DNA from: Oculina patagonica
Taxonomy: Eukaryota
Length of the DNA: 64,000 bases
Reading direction: 5' to 3'
NCBI RefSeq assembly: GCF_052425735.1
Contig: NC_135765.1
Location: forward strand, 1,736,001 to 1,800,000
Shown piece after piece: positions 52,583 through 64,000 of this stretch; positions within the stretch are counted from its first letter, which is position 1; each line of letters starts with the position of its first letter. The translations under genes were made by a program, and so were the position numbers. Below the pieces are notes generated by a model, which saw only the letters and a program-made list of their open reading frames with translations, had not been told where the DNA came from and ran no database searches.

Positions 52583-53731
52583 TGATATTAAAATTACAAT
52601 ACATGAGAGAACATCTGCTAACACGATTTTTCATTTTTACGGACATTGCTCAATCCCAGTCTATGTGTCATATTTCTATGTGAATTATTATACAGAATTC
52701 TCACATGAAACTGAAAGTGGAGAGCAAAAGGGTGATGCATGAAAATAGGGCAAATATTAGACTGTGATGCGTGAAAATAGCTAGAAGAATGTGATTCGTG
52801 AATTCTGCTGTTTCAGGTTTCAAGTTTACATGACCAGGAATTTGGGTAAAATTTGTGCATGAAACAGGATCAAAATCCGCCCCCCCCCCCCCTTTACTAC
52901 CCTCTGAAAATATCATTGTACTTAATGGTCTTCTATGAGTGTCGTGAATTGAAAACCTCATTGTCAGAGTTCCTGGAAATAAGGTATTTGAATTGAATGG
53001 AATTTTGTCCAGCTTCTATATCAAATTTTTTATCCCAAAACTTGGAAATAATATCAACCTTACAAAATTATATTTCATATAAAAACATACAACAAAAAAG
53101 TGTTCACATAAAATAGTATCAGAGTTTCTCATTTTGCTCTTAAGTGGGGAGAAATGTAAAAAATAGCAAGCATGCCCACACTACTTGCAACTCACGACTT
53201 TGCCCCTTATGTAACATGCAGACTTTAGGGCAAAATAGAAACTGCTCGCAGTCTTCTGTATCTGAAACTTTATTTACATAAAGCTAATACAAAAATTTCT
53301 CACACAATAATGAAAACTATCAGAAAACATTACAGCAGAGAGAGATTTAAATCCCAACATCTCAATAATTATCTTGCTTTCCTCTTTGCAAGAATTTCTG
53401 CTTTCTTTGTTCTGTGCTAAAAATTCAGTTTTACTCTCACTCAATTTTTTCGAACACTGTTAATTTAATATCTTACTAAGCCATTTTTGGCTAACCTTTT
53501 AAGCATTTCAAAATGCTCAATTTTAGCATGAAAGACAGTTCTATCCTTTCTGATGGATAAGAGCTCTTGGCATCTGGGTGAGTGTCAGACTTAATTTCTC
53601 ATCATTCTACACTTTAATTGAAAAACACTATAAAGAAGTAAGAGCTAAGTGGCGACAATTGGAGGAAAATATTTGACATAAATAAAATATATAAATACAG
53701 CATAATTTTGTACAAAAGTGTAGACCTAGCG

Positions 53732-56700
53732 TTAAAAGATTGTACCAAGAGCCTCAAACCAAGCAAGGATGGTGTTATCATTTGCAGCCCAGGCTTCAAA
53801 TTCTTCAAAAGAAATCTTCCCATCCTTGTCAGTATCGGCACACTGGAAAACATTATTCACCATCTCGTCGATCGCATCTTGTGACATTGCCTCCATGATT
53901 GGCCATCGGCCGTCAACTCCTTTAGCACTTGTACTGCTCCCAGGGTTATTCAGCAACATTGCTGGCTTGCCGCTCGATGTGGAAGGACCTGTGTCACTAG
54001 GAATTGGTGCATTAAATACTGCTGATACCGGCTTGTCAGCCGAGTCATCAAAAGACGCCATCATCTCCTCTTCACATGATCTCACAACATCACGGACAAG
54101 CTCCAGGCTGACTTCAAAGTACGCTTTAAACATGCTTCTTAAGTTGTCCTTGGAAATGTAGTCTTTTTTCTCAATGTCACAGCCACCAAAAGCATATGGG
54201 ATCTTTTCTTTCTCACTGCCTTTGACGAGAATTGACAAACCTACCACAAACTCATCAATGTCGATTATACCATCACCATTTTGATCATAAAATTTGAACA
54301 TCTGATCCATGACCAAGTTCTTGTGCTGTCCCAAGGGACCCAAACATTTGTCAAACACCTCACGCGTAATTCCTGCCTTCTTGGTAGCGAGAGTTTTGAA
54401 TTGTTCAACCAGTGCTTCTATCTCTGCTTGATCAAAATGGCTTTGGTCTCTGAGACTTTGAATTTCATCCCAAGACATGTAACAGGGGTGATCCTTAATG
54501 CCTGTAAATCAAAAAAATACAGTGCAATTAAATAAAAGCTAAATACATGAAATAACCAAAATATAACCAACCATAATTTGCAATCAAAGAAGTTTGAGCA
54601 CTAAAAACATTTTGTTGTTGAATGTCACTACAGTCCAAGCTCTCAACTACCGGGGTAAGTGATCACCTCAAGGTTAAAAAAAATGGTCATAGCAAGTGAT
54701 GGTAATTTACAAGAATGAGCTCTTGAGAGCGACTACATGCTGAAACAATAGAGGCTGGCCGCTTACCAGGGCTCTTAGCATAAAGGTTTCTACCTCTAGT
54801 AAGTCTATGGATAACACTCTTCAGTCCAGCCATAAAAAATCATGAACATTTATTCAAGTTATTTTTCAATGAACATAATTCGGCAATGTTAGTCTATATA
54901 ATGGCAAATTCAATCAAGCAGTGTATGCCTTTGTTAAGTGTTGATTATCATGAATCAGACAATTTGAGTGGCCACTAAGGAAAGTTTTAAAACAAAGGAA
55001 AAGACCAGTTGGTACCCCCCGAAAGTAGTATGGGTACTAAGTGGAGGGGGACAAGGGGCAGGACGCGGTAGAAGAGAGGACAGGAAGCAGAATTCCCAAA
55101 GTAGCCGGAACCGGAAGAAAACGAGTAAAATTTTGCAACATTTTGCAACAGATATGGGGCAAATTGGAGGGAACCACTACAGATGGGGGGACAAAGAGAT
55201 ATAAAGGTACAGGAAGTAGGTGTAAAAGGTACGAGAGTTGGTAGGTTCAGACCCCCCAGTCCCCTTCTTCTCCTTATGCGAGTGGTCACTTACAAGACCG
55301 GAGAGCTTTTTATCACAGGGTTTGAGTGACAATTCAAACAGGGTTCAACATTGGTAGTCGTTTCTAGAGCGGGTCGCTTACAAGAGTGGTCGCAAGGACA
55401 GCGTTAACTGCATTGTTTTTTATTCTAACTTATGCACATAATGCTAACTGTATCTGGCATACTGCTGTGAGATTAACAGGCTGCAAACTATAATCGTTAT
55501 GGTAAAATTAACATTGTCATATGATCTAACAAATGACAGGTTGTAGCACAATTATTATTAAAAAATAAATCAAATTCAAATTAAAAAAGAACACACTCTT
55601 CTAATTCACACACGATCATATATTATATTTTACGATTAATTTTTTGACAGCTGCCAGCAGCAATAAAAGCTGTTTAACATGTCTTGAAAACAGGTCAAAA
55701 CATAGCCTGTTCCAGGCTCTCGGTAGTTATGGGAGAGCGAATAACGCGTGCGGGTGAGCCAGGAAAAAAAGGGCGGGACGAAGGCGAAGGAAGGAGAGCC
55801 TGTAAGAATTTCTTTAACGACCCTCTTTCGCCCACTTTTTAGATAATGAGGTGTTGAGAAGTACAAATGACATTCTGTCAATTAGCTAGAGGTGTCCTCC
55901 TGTTTCTCGTGCGAGGCCAAAGGTCTGCGCCGCATGCTTTCCTGTTTGTAGAGTACTGGTTTCGCTTACAAGTGCGGTTTGTTTTGGCTCGTTTCTATTT
56001 GCAAGATATGCTTTAAGCTCTCAAGATGTTTGTTTTGGAAGGACAGGGTCAGTAATTTATCCGTGAAAATGATGATTACTTGCATTTAATAATTGTGATG
56101 CCGGGCCTGTTTGTTTGTATCATATCACGGATGACAATTAAGTAAATCTTTGTGCGGCTTCTCCAGAGACTGTTGAGGCTTTACTTCGAGAAAAATTACA
56201 GTTGGTTTTAGAGAGACACTCTGTGTTGTAAAGGTTAAGCTTCTTGCATTAATTTGATCGAGCGCTTTGTCTCTTGAGATCGATGATGTCAAGGGTTTAC
56301 CTCCCGTGTTCGTTGCGTTACATTCTGGCACCGCATGATTCAAATATAGATTTTCACATGCACAGGCACAAGCCTGTTGCCTGTTTTACCCGTTATATTT
56401 GCTTCTATATGATTGAGTTCCGCCGACAATCCAAGCTGTTTCAGCTGCTCAACTTGGTCCAACATCACCGAAACCAAAGGAGAGGCAACTACAATTAAGG
56501 AACACACTGATTTCCGATTTCATCGCAGTCGTCGTGGAAAGAGCTGAAAGATTAAACTTTTCCTAAATCCAGTTGCCAAAATAAAGAAAACTTCTTTTCC
56601 ACAATAAAGCTTGGTTCACAATTCAGGCAGATTTCTTGTTCCTTTCTAAACGTTTGAATATCAAGAAAATCTCAAAGACAACCTTCTAAACTGGAACACA

Positions 56701-57656
56701 ATTCGGCTTCCCCGAAATCACATGCGTAAACCGCGCTCGCTTATCTTTCTGTGTGACTGACCTTTGTTCCGAGTTGTTGACATTACTGTCAGAATCAGCC
56801 AATCAGAGGGTATAGCAGCTCCTGCTATACTGGAAGAGGGTCGTTAAAGAAATTCTTACAGGCTCTCTTTCCTTCACTCGCCTTCGTCCCCCCTCGTTTT
56901 TTTCTCGCTCGCCCGCATTTTTCGCTTTCCCCTTCAACTACTGAGAGCCTGGAACAGGCTAGTCAAAACAAGGCTTGTTAATTTGGTGTAAATGAGATTA
57001 ACAAAGCTCAGCCCCATTGGCTGGAAATTTTAGCAAGTGAAAATGGTATAAAAATTTGAATGGGAAAATCTTAACCCAAAAAACGCAATTTTTAATTTAA
57101 TTTTTTTGTTTTTAATCTCACCTGGGTAAAGTGGTTTAAGGCAAGGAGCTCTGGGATTAGTGAGTGGAGGCATCGGAATTTTGATCTTGATGAATAGATG
57201 AGTTTTGTTGTGATCATCCCTTGATTCACAACGTTCGCAAACATCATAATCTACACAACTGGAGCATTTATAACGAATTCCACAAATCGGACTCGCTTGG
57301 CAAGAATTACAGGTTATCCCGCGGTGAATATAACCTTCTTTTCTCGCCTGATCTTCGGCAATATTGAAGAGAAGGTTTAAAAGATGCTGTCCATCTTTAG
57401 CATCCATGTCCCCATCGCTAACAAGAGCATTTCCCTCGGTGAAAGAACTTTCAGATGAATGGCGTACGGGTGTGACTGCACTTTGTATCGAGTGCACTTG
57501 CTCTGAAGGTCTTGATGTAGTGTCATCTAGTGAATTCGCTCTTTCTGTTGGGTTTGTGGTTGTCGGACGAAGAAGGTATCGTCGAACTGTGCTTGCGCCC
57601 ATGAAAAGAGCAACACCAACCGCTGCACCGAACGCGAACTGCGAAACGGACCCCAT
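53732..57656 (-). CDS. ZZ-type zinc finger plus EF-hand (calcium-sensor-like) protein with an N-terminal hydrophobic anchor, ~434 aa; exons 57656-57122 and 54501-53732
   Basis: Exon 1: FAFGAAVGVALFMGASTV helix and ZZ finger HRGITCNSC..GIRYKCSSCVDYDVCERC..H..H. Phase-1 junction CCA G|GTGAGA...TTTACAG|GC. Exon 2: canonical EF loops DQNGDGIIDIDE and DTDKDGKISFEE, and a degenerate loop DIEKKDYISKDN. Confidence 0.9.
55703..56961. mobile_element. AcademH-like DNA transposon derivative with a RecQ-like helicase remnant, 9-bp TSD
   Basis: ~130-bp imperfect TIRs starting TAGCCTGTTCCAGGCTCTC. GTCAAAACA is duplicated at 55694-55702 and 56962-56970. The minus-strand remnant reads FRKEQEICL, GKEVFFILATGFRKSLIFQLFP and LIVVASPLVSVMLDQVEQLKQLG. 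Confidence 0.8.
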
Positions 57657-58127
57657 GAAAGCTAAACACAACTGAAGTTACGCTACATAAACTAAGAAGT
57701 GCATGTCTGAACAGGATGATTCAACATTTTGTGCTAAAATTCTGTTGTTACCCCTAAACGTCCAAAAATAGCTTCGTTCAAAGTGAGCGCCGAGGAGCGC
57801 CGAGCGCCGAGCACAATTGTGACTTGAGCCCAAAGTACACGTACAGCGGTTTGTAGAATTGCGCATATTCAGAAGGCTTTGTTTTCGAAATTTTAAAATG
57901 GCGGGCGTAGATTCCGGTGCAAATCGTGCACAGTTTAAAGACACAAGAAAAGCTTTGTTTCGGTCCCCAGATCAAGATGAGAGTAGCAAGACACCAGGTG
58001 ACGAAAAGCTCTTGCTTACCTTACAGTTTAGATCAAAATAATTATCTTTTTATTTCATCAATGCAACCGCAAGCTTAATGCAATTAAGCTGCTAAGCTGT
58101 CAATCTCGACATCTTATTTAATTATGT

Positions 58128-58740
58128 CAGAAACCCATAAGGGTTGAAACGTGTAACTTCCTATGATTCGCATTGTACAAAGCGTTTGCACATTCGTTTA
58201 CACTAAGTACCATATTTGGGAAATCACGAAAATCACTAAGGGTAGGGTAACCCTAGCGCCTTGTAAACACGTCGATGAAAAAAAGAAGAAATGTGGGAGC
58301 GCTAGGGTAACCCTAGGTGCTAGGGTAACCCTATGTGCTAGGGTTACCCGCCTGCTTGTAAACAGGCCCTAAGTACCATATTTGGATTAAATTCACAGCG
58401 CGCGCAAGCTCGCGCTCGATGGCGTAATCTTATTTTTGAACAAGCTTGGTTAAATAGAGTTAAATTTGGTTAAATTCTCGTTTTCATCTTCATGAGGTAG
58501 TCTAAAGACCTTCACTTTGATACACTTTAATGAATTTCTTTAGTTTCTGTAAGAAATTTACGGCATTTAGGTCGAAATTCAAGCAACTTATCCCAAAACC
58601 AAAAATTATGTTGCCTGTGTCATTACGTGTATAAAGCATTCGCGTACAAATTCTTCGTGTTTCCAAATATGGTACTTAGCAAAATGAATATTCAAACGCT
58701 GTGCGCGCGCGTAACATGTTTTAACCCTTATGGGTTTCTG
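58128..58740. mobile_element. Non-autonomous DNA transposon with CAGAAACCCATAAGGGTT TIRs and a 7-bp TSD, containing a nested Harbinger-MITE fragment
   Basis: ATTATGT at 58121-58127 and 58741-58747; imperfect TIRs extend about 100 bp. The nested 58238-58372 segment ends TAAACAGGCCC-TAA, like the 30378 MITE. Confidence 0.8.
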
Positions 58741-59344
58741 ATTATGTACATTAATTTTTTTACAGAGGCTTTGGAGGCATTACTAAATAGAATTCAAGTG
58801 GATATTGAGGTGGATTCCAACTTGAAAAGTCTTAGGAAAGGTAGTCAATTCAGTAAACTAGTAATAATCAGAGATTAGAGGAGTGCGTTTGACCCAAGAT
58901 AAGTACACAAGATAAGGCTAGCAAACGTATACCGAGTAACGCGACTGTTTATATCGTCATACAAATCATTGAAACGACCGCGCGTGCAACATAAAGCGCG
59001 TATCCAACATCATTTGAAACTATCAGTGAAACAATCTCAAATCCAACAGCGCACGAGGAAGCACAGCATTTTTTTTACTACTGTTGAAGGGAGCACTACC
59101 GAAACATTTATTTTTCAGCACAACTCACAAGGCAAACTTGAAAACGCAAACCGAAAAATCGTTAGATTGAATCAACCTCGTTCCCAGGGTCTCTCGCAAA
59201 GAAACTGTGACATCATTAATTAGCCAACCTGCCACATACCAAGATACATAGAACGGCACATAGAACGACTTTCAGTGGACAGCCACGGGACCACACGCCA
59301 CCACAAGATTAGGATGCGTTGTCCTACCGTCGAACACAACAATT

Positions 59345-61117
59345 GAAGGGGCAAGCGCAAGAAACGCACATCGAGTTTTGGCCAAATTGAAAATTGTCAC
59401 AAACAACTCCAAATTTCACACGCAAGTTCGTTTACGTGTGCTCAACACTGCCCTGTATTTAATTTTGCTGGTCTTTCCTTCGTTTTCGAAAAATAACACA
59501 TGCAAAAAGACAAGGTTTTTGCTGGCGGCATATTAAGGAATTTTCTTTGACAAATGATAAACAAAGGAACCCTTTTGTTCCTTAAAACAATGAAACCAGC
59601 AAACGTTTTAAGGATCAAACTATAACTCAAACAACTCTAACCCTAAGGTTAGGGTTAATGTTCCAAGTTAGGGTTTAAGCGCTTAACCCTAAGGCAAAAG
59701 CGAACCCTGAGGCTCAGGGTTGGGGTTAGCGTTTTAAGTTAGGGTTACAAAATCAAGTTAGGGTTAGCGTTCCAAGTTAGGGTTTAAGCGCTTAACCCTA
59801 AGGTAAAAGTGAACCCCAAGGCTCAGGGTTGGGGTTAGCGTTTTAAGTTAGGGTTACAAAATCAAGTTAGGGTTAGCATTTCAAGTTAGGGTTAAGATCC
59901 GAGTCGGCCTTAACCCTAAGATCGCGCTTTTCTTGCCGTAAGCTTTCACTCCAGTTTGCTTGCGGTTAGGTTTCACTGCAGCCTGCTTGCAGTTAGCTGT
60001 TTTTTGTTGTTTGGGGCAACACTATTTTGATAAGTTTTCTCGATAAAGCGCCTGCACAACACTCAACTTCTGTGACACGCGCGCCGTTGATCCGATGTAA
60101 GGAAGGCCAAGTAAATGGCATGGCGAGCGTGCTCAGCAAAATCACATTCTGCTGGTTTTCCAATAACATCTTGCTTTTGTTTTCAGTAAACACTGTTTGC
60201 TCTCCCATCTCCTATCCTTACATTATTACATCACACAATCTAGATCTACAAGACCCTGCGCGCGTAATCAAGACAAGATTGCACGCACTTTTTGACCGAT
60301 CCATACGTGCATATTTAATGAGGTAGCGAAAACAAATTTGCGATGGGAGGTAGCGCTCCGGGCACTTACAAATATCTTATAAGTCTAAAACCAGGTCACT
60401 TCTCGGCAACTTTGTCGCGGCAGCATCCAAGCGGACACTGCAAAACTCGCCTTGACAAAGTTCCCGGCAAGAAACTCTCGTTTTAGGCTTTTATTCTGCC
60501 AGGCTCAAAACTACCTTGGTTTGTGCAACGTTGTTCTGGAGCGCTAAACGGCACTGTTGTACACAACAAAGGCAGGAACATCTCTCAGTTCTTCGAGCGA
60601 TGCTTTTAACTTACGGGTATTCAGACTTAATGATGTCCTTCAACCACCTGGCAGCCTCACTTACGCTAAAACTAACCAAAGGCTTTGATTTTCAGGAACA
60701 AACGGCCATTTTTTTCTCTTTCCTCTCACGTGACACCTATCAGGTGACATCTCGTCACAATGTGTTGTCCAGTCCTTTTCTTAAAGCGAATACTCAACAT
60801 GGCGGCTAGAAACTAAAAGCATGGCTCTGACACGTTTTTCAACCTCCCCGGACAGTTAAATAACGCTAGAAGGAAAGATTTACATGCGATGTGTCGAAAA
60901 ACTCATACTGCTGGCTGACTGTGGAGAACGTAAGCTTTGCAAAACGCCTTTGTTCTTTGCATACGTAATTTCTAAAAAACGAAGCTAGATCCAGCGAATT
61001 TGAATACAGATCAATGTTAAGCACACGTAAACGAACTTGCGTGCGAAATTTGAAGTTGTTTGTGACAATTTTCAATTTGGCCAAAACTCGATGTGCGTTT
61101 CTTGCGCTTGCCCCTTC
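59345..61117. mobile_element. Non-autonomous DNA transposon (Sola-like), ~105-bp TIRs, AATT TSD
   Basis: GAAGGGGCAAGCGCAAGAAACGCACATCGAGTTTTGGCCAAATTGAAAATTGTCACAAACAAC... and its reverse complement at about 61012-61117; AATT at 59341-59344 and 61118-61121. Confidence 0.8.
59636..59920. repeat. Telomere-like TTAGGG(TT)/AACCCTAA motif cluster, 109-bp unit repeated about 2.5 times
   Basis: TTCCAAGTTAGGGTTTAAGCGCTTAACCCTAAGG starts at 59661 and again at 59770. Confidence 0.85.
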
Positions 61118-61942
61118 AATTGTTTACAGCCTACCGTTATCAGCTTCATGAATTGTTTTTGCGCGCGCTGTCTTTGTGGCTCAATGTCATTGTTGACGTT
61201 GCTGTGACAAAATTAATTGCTTTCTAATGTCTAATCACATGAGATCGAGGCCAACTTGCCACATACCGTCATACATACATACATAGAACGACACATAATC
61301 ACTTTCGCTTGCGCGTTCACAGGACAACCACGAGACCACAGGACACCACAAGATTAGGATGCGTTCTCCTACCGTCGAACGCAATTATAAATAAGCATTA
61401 ATGCTAACAAATATTTTAAGTGCAGGAATTTTAATACTTAATTTGGTCAGAACTTAATTTATAAAAGCCTGTCATACCGCTTAATAGATAGTTGATGCAT
61501 AAGAAGGATACTATACACAGTTGGATAACACTCATATATCATGGGAAGGGAGGGGGGATGGCCAACTAGCCAGAGACAGTAGTGCACATGGTAGCATTTG
61601 AGACAAGCAGTAAGGGGAATTAGGAGCGCTAACCCCAGAATTTTGACAATGACTGCAAGGCTATCAACGTTATCATTCAGATGTGAAGTAGGTGGGTGCT
61701 CTTGTACAGCACTAGTTTAAGAGTAATGTAAGAAGCTGAGTGCCTAAAAAGGGAGAGGCATGAATTTTAGCTTGTGATTCACATCTGAATACCTGCTGCA
61801 GCTCTCTTGAGTGCTGTCTTATTATCAAGCTGAGTGTTTGTTTAGTTTGTGTGGTGCATACCCAGTACTACTGACAATACACTTATTAAAATTTACAACA
61901 TTTATTGAGGGAGCCACATGAACCCTTACTGGATTTTGTGCA

Positions 61943-62072
61943 GGTCCTCTATCCAGTCAATTTGGAATTTAGAAATGCTTGATTTGTTTAGGAGGTAGGA
62001 AAATCAGAGTATTTGGAGATGAGCCCTCAGAGCAAGGGTGAGAACTGACAACAAAGTCAACCCACATATGGT
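61943..62072 (-). mobile_element. Degenerate SINE-like repeat fragment
   Basis: GGAATTTAGAAATG..GGAGGTAGGAAAATCAGAGTA..GAGCAAGG..GAGAAC..ACAACAAAGTCAACCCACATATG resembles a widespread cnidarian SINE body (recognised from memory, unverified). Confidence 0.4.
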
Positions 62073-62552
62073 ACTGCTCCGGCTGGTAGAGTGCATTTAG
62101 AAGCAAAATCTGTAGCATGCTTTTTTTTAAGATTCACATCACTAAAAAAGCTTTGGCGATGTTAAGTTTTTGTAATGTATGGTGGCCCATTAGTGCCATA
62201 GTATTTTACGCTGTATTTTAACATTTTTTCCTTTTTTATATATATTTTTTATTGTTTTATACTTATTTTTTATTTTTTTCTAATTTTTTTATTCTTTTTT
62301 TATTTTATTTATTTTATTTTTATTTTTATTTTAATATTTTATTTTACTTTACTTATCTTTTTTCATTTAATTTTTATTCATTTAATTTAATTTAATTTTT
62401 TTTTTTTCAAAAATAAAAAATAAAAAAACGGCTGTGGCCCACCAGTGCCATAGCAAAAAAAAAAAAAAATGCCATGGCCCAGGAGTGCCGTAGCCCATGA
62501 TGCATTGGGAAAGAGTAGTTAAACAACATGGCGGTGCGGATAAGGAACGATA

Positions 62553-63702
62553 CATGGAAAGAAGATGAAGAACTGACGCAGGATTAAGGGGAATACCTGA
62601 AACGGGCTGAAAAGAGATGATATTTTTAGCATAGAAAAAGCAGGTGACAGGCCAACACAGAATACTTTGTTCGTGACATTTGTACATTTGCCGTTCTGTA
62701 TTGGATAATTTGGTCGGCCAATTTATTTTTGCTTCTCACTTGTTTAGAAAGGGCACTATACGCTGTCAGCTGTATTATAAGGAGGAGTTTTTAGTTGAAT
62801 AAAGTCGTAAGACTGCCGCCCAGCAAACGTGCTGCGGACATAAGACTGCACGGTTTCCCGTTAGTAGATTTTGAGACCTCTGTATTAGTTTCGATTAAGA
62901 AGATGTATATTTGCATTCATATTTGCAAGGTATGGTGGAATACACAACATGCAAAAAAGTCAACAAACTTGCGTGTGGTAGCTATATAGATATACAGTAA
63001 ATCTAACTTTAATCGTTTGGTGCAAGAATGTCACATAACGAACAAGGGAGGTAAAAACATAAACATCGAGCTCAAAGACTTTAATATTAAACGCTCAATC
63101 AAATTGATGCAAGAAACATAAATATATATTTCTAAACAACACATGTTTAATGTCTCTCTAAAACAAGGTCATAGCTTTTTCGAAGTAAAGCTTTGCAGTC
63201 TCTGGCTAAAACTACACAAAAGAAATGCCATCAAGTGAAAGGAAGCAACACACTGTGCAACACTATAAACAGACAAACCTGGCGTTACAAATATAGAATG
63301 CAAGTAATCAACATCCTTGTCCTCACAGAGTGAATATTTTGAGAGCTAAAAACATATCTTGTAAATATGAATGAGCCAGATACGACTTACGGGAAACCGT
63401 GCAGTCTTATGTCCACAGCACGTTTGCTGGGCGGCAGTCTTACGACTCTATTCAACTAAAAACTCCTCCTTATAATACAGCTGACAGCGTATAGTGCCCT
63501 TTCTAAACAAGTGAGAAGCAAAAATAAATTGGCCGACCAAATCCAATACAGAACGGCAAATGTACAAATGTACAAATGTCACGAACAGAGTATTCTGTGT
63601 TGGCCTGTCACCTGCTTTTTCTATGCTAAAAATGTCATCTCTTTTCAGCCCGTTTCAGGTATTCCCCTTAATCCTGCGTCAGTTCTTCATCTTCTTTCCA
63701 TG
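62553..63702. repeat. Long inverted repeat: ~310-bp arms (62553-62861 and 63389-63702) with a ~530-bp spacer
   Basis: Arms are near-identical reverse complements. The ORF track shows the same peptide MYKCHEQSILCWPVTCFFYAKN on both strands. Confidence 0.9.
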
Positions 63703-63890
63703 AGGGCCGGAAAGGGGGTTTTCCGTGAACCGTGATCGCCTATTTTTAATTGCCGTGAATCGTGAAAGAAATAATTTATTTCCCGTGATCCGTAAACGAA
63801 AGTACTCCCGTGATTCATGAAATAACTAATTTAATTCTCGAGATTCGTGAACATGGTCTATAATTAGCTCATTTTTCGTGAAATATTCAA
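63703..63890. mobile_element. Start of a further repeat element with (C)CGTGA subterminal repeats, truncating the right arm of the inverted repeat
   Basis: (G)AGGGCCGGAAAGGGGG followed by many CGTGA(A/T) motifs. A similar end in reverse orientation lies near 52700-52904. Confidence 0.5.
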
Positions 63891-64000
63891 TGCACATAGT
63901 ATTCATGTCAAAAAAAACTCGAAAACGCTCGCGGAACTTGATATGTCAAGATCAAGTCTGTCAGCAAAATGCCACCTTCGTTACGCACTACCAAGACTAC

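Noticed and set aside
59636-59920. True telomere or chromosome fusion site
   Set aside because: TTAGGG units are isolated and spaced, and lie within a TIR-bounded element.
62215-62430. Extreme A/T low-complexity tract as a functional element
   Set aside because: No consistent unit; likely decayed poly(A/T) or low-quality consensus.

Overview
Eukaryotic, AT-rich, spliceosomal-intron-containing DNA. The repeat landscape resembles an anthozoan, probably a stony coral (inferred, not proven). Three protein-coding genes lie on the minus strand and were assembled by hand from splice sites and phases. (1) A 2-coding-exon class A peptide-receptor-like GPCR (22152-23938, ~380 aa). (2) A 10-exon poly(ADP-ribose) glycohydrolase (PARG)-like gene (41647-51756, ~1082 aa) with intact catalytic motifs. 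(3) A 2-exon protein with an N-terminal hydrophobic anchor, a ZZ zinc finger and EF-hands (53732-57656, ~434 aa). The most striking observation is in the PARG: a ~600-aa acidic Ser/Glu-rich segment, encoded by one 1.9-kb exon, is inserted inside the catalytic macrodomain. It carries about seven spaced amphipathic helices resembling PKA-regulatory-subunit docking (AKAP) helices and a cluster of CDK-type sites, suggesting a possible PARG-AKAP hybrid scaffold. One PARG exon has a CG instead of an AG acceptor. The rest is non-coding DNA rich in MITEs, nested transposons, an AcademH-like element with a RecQ-helicase remnant, a LINE fragment, a degenerate Penelope-type hammerhead ribozyme, a tRNA-like repeat and satellites. 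Most short ORFs in the track are noise. No database searches were run.
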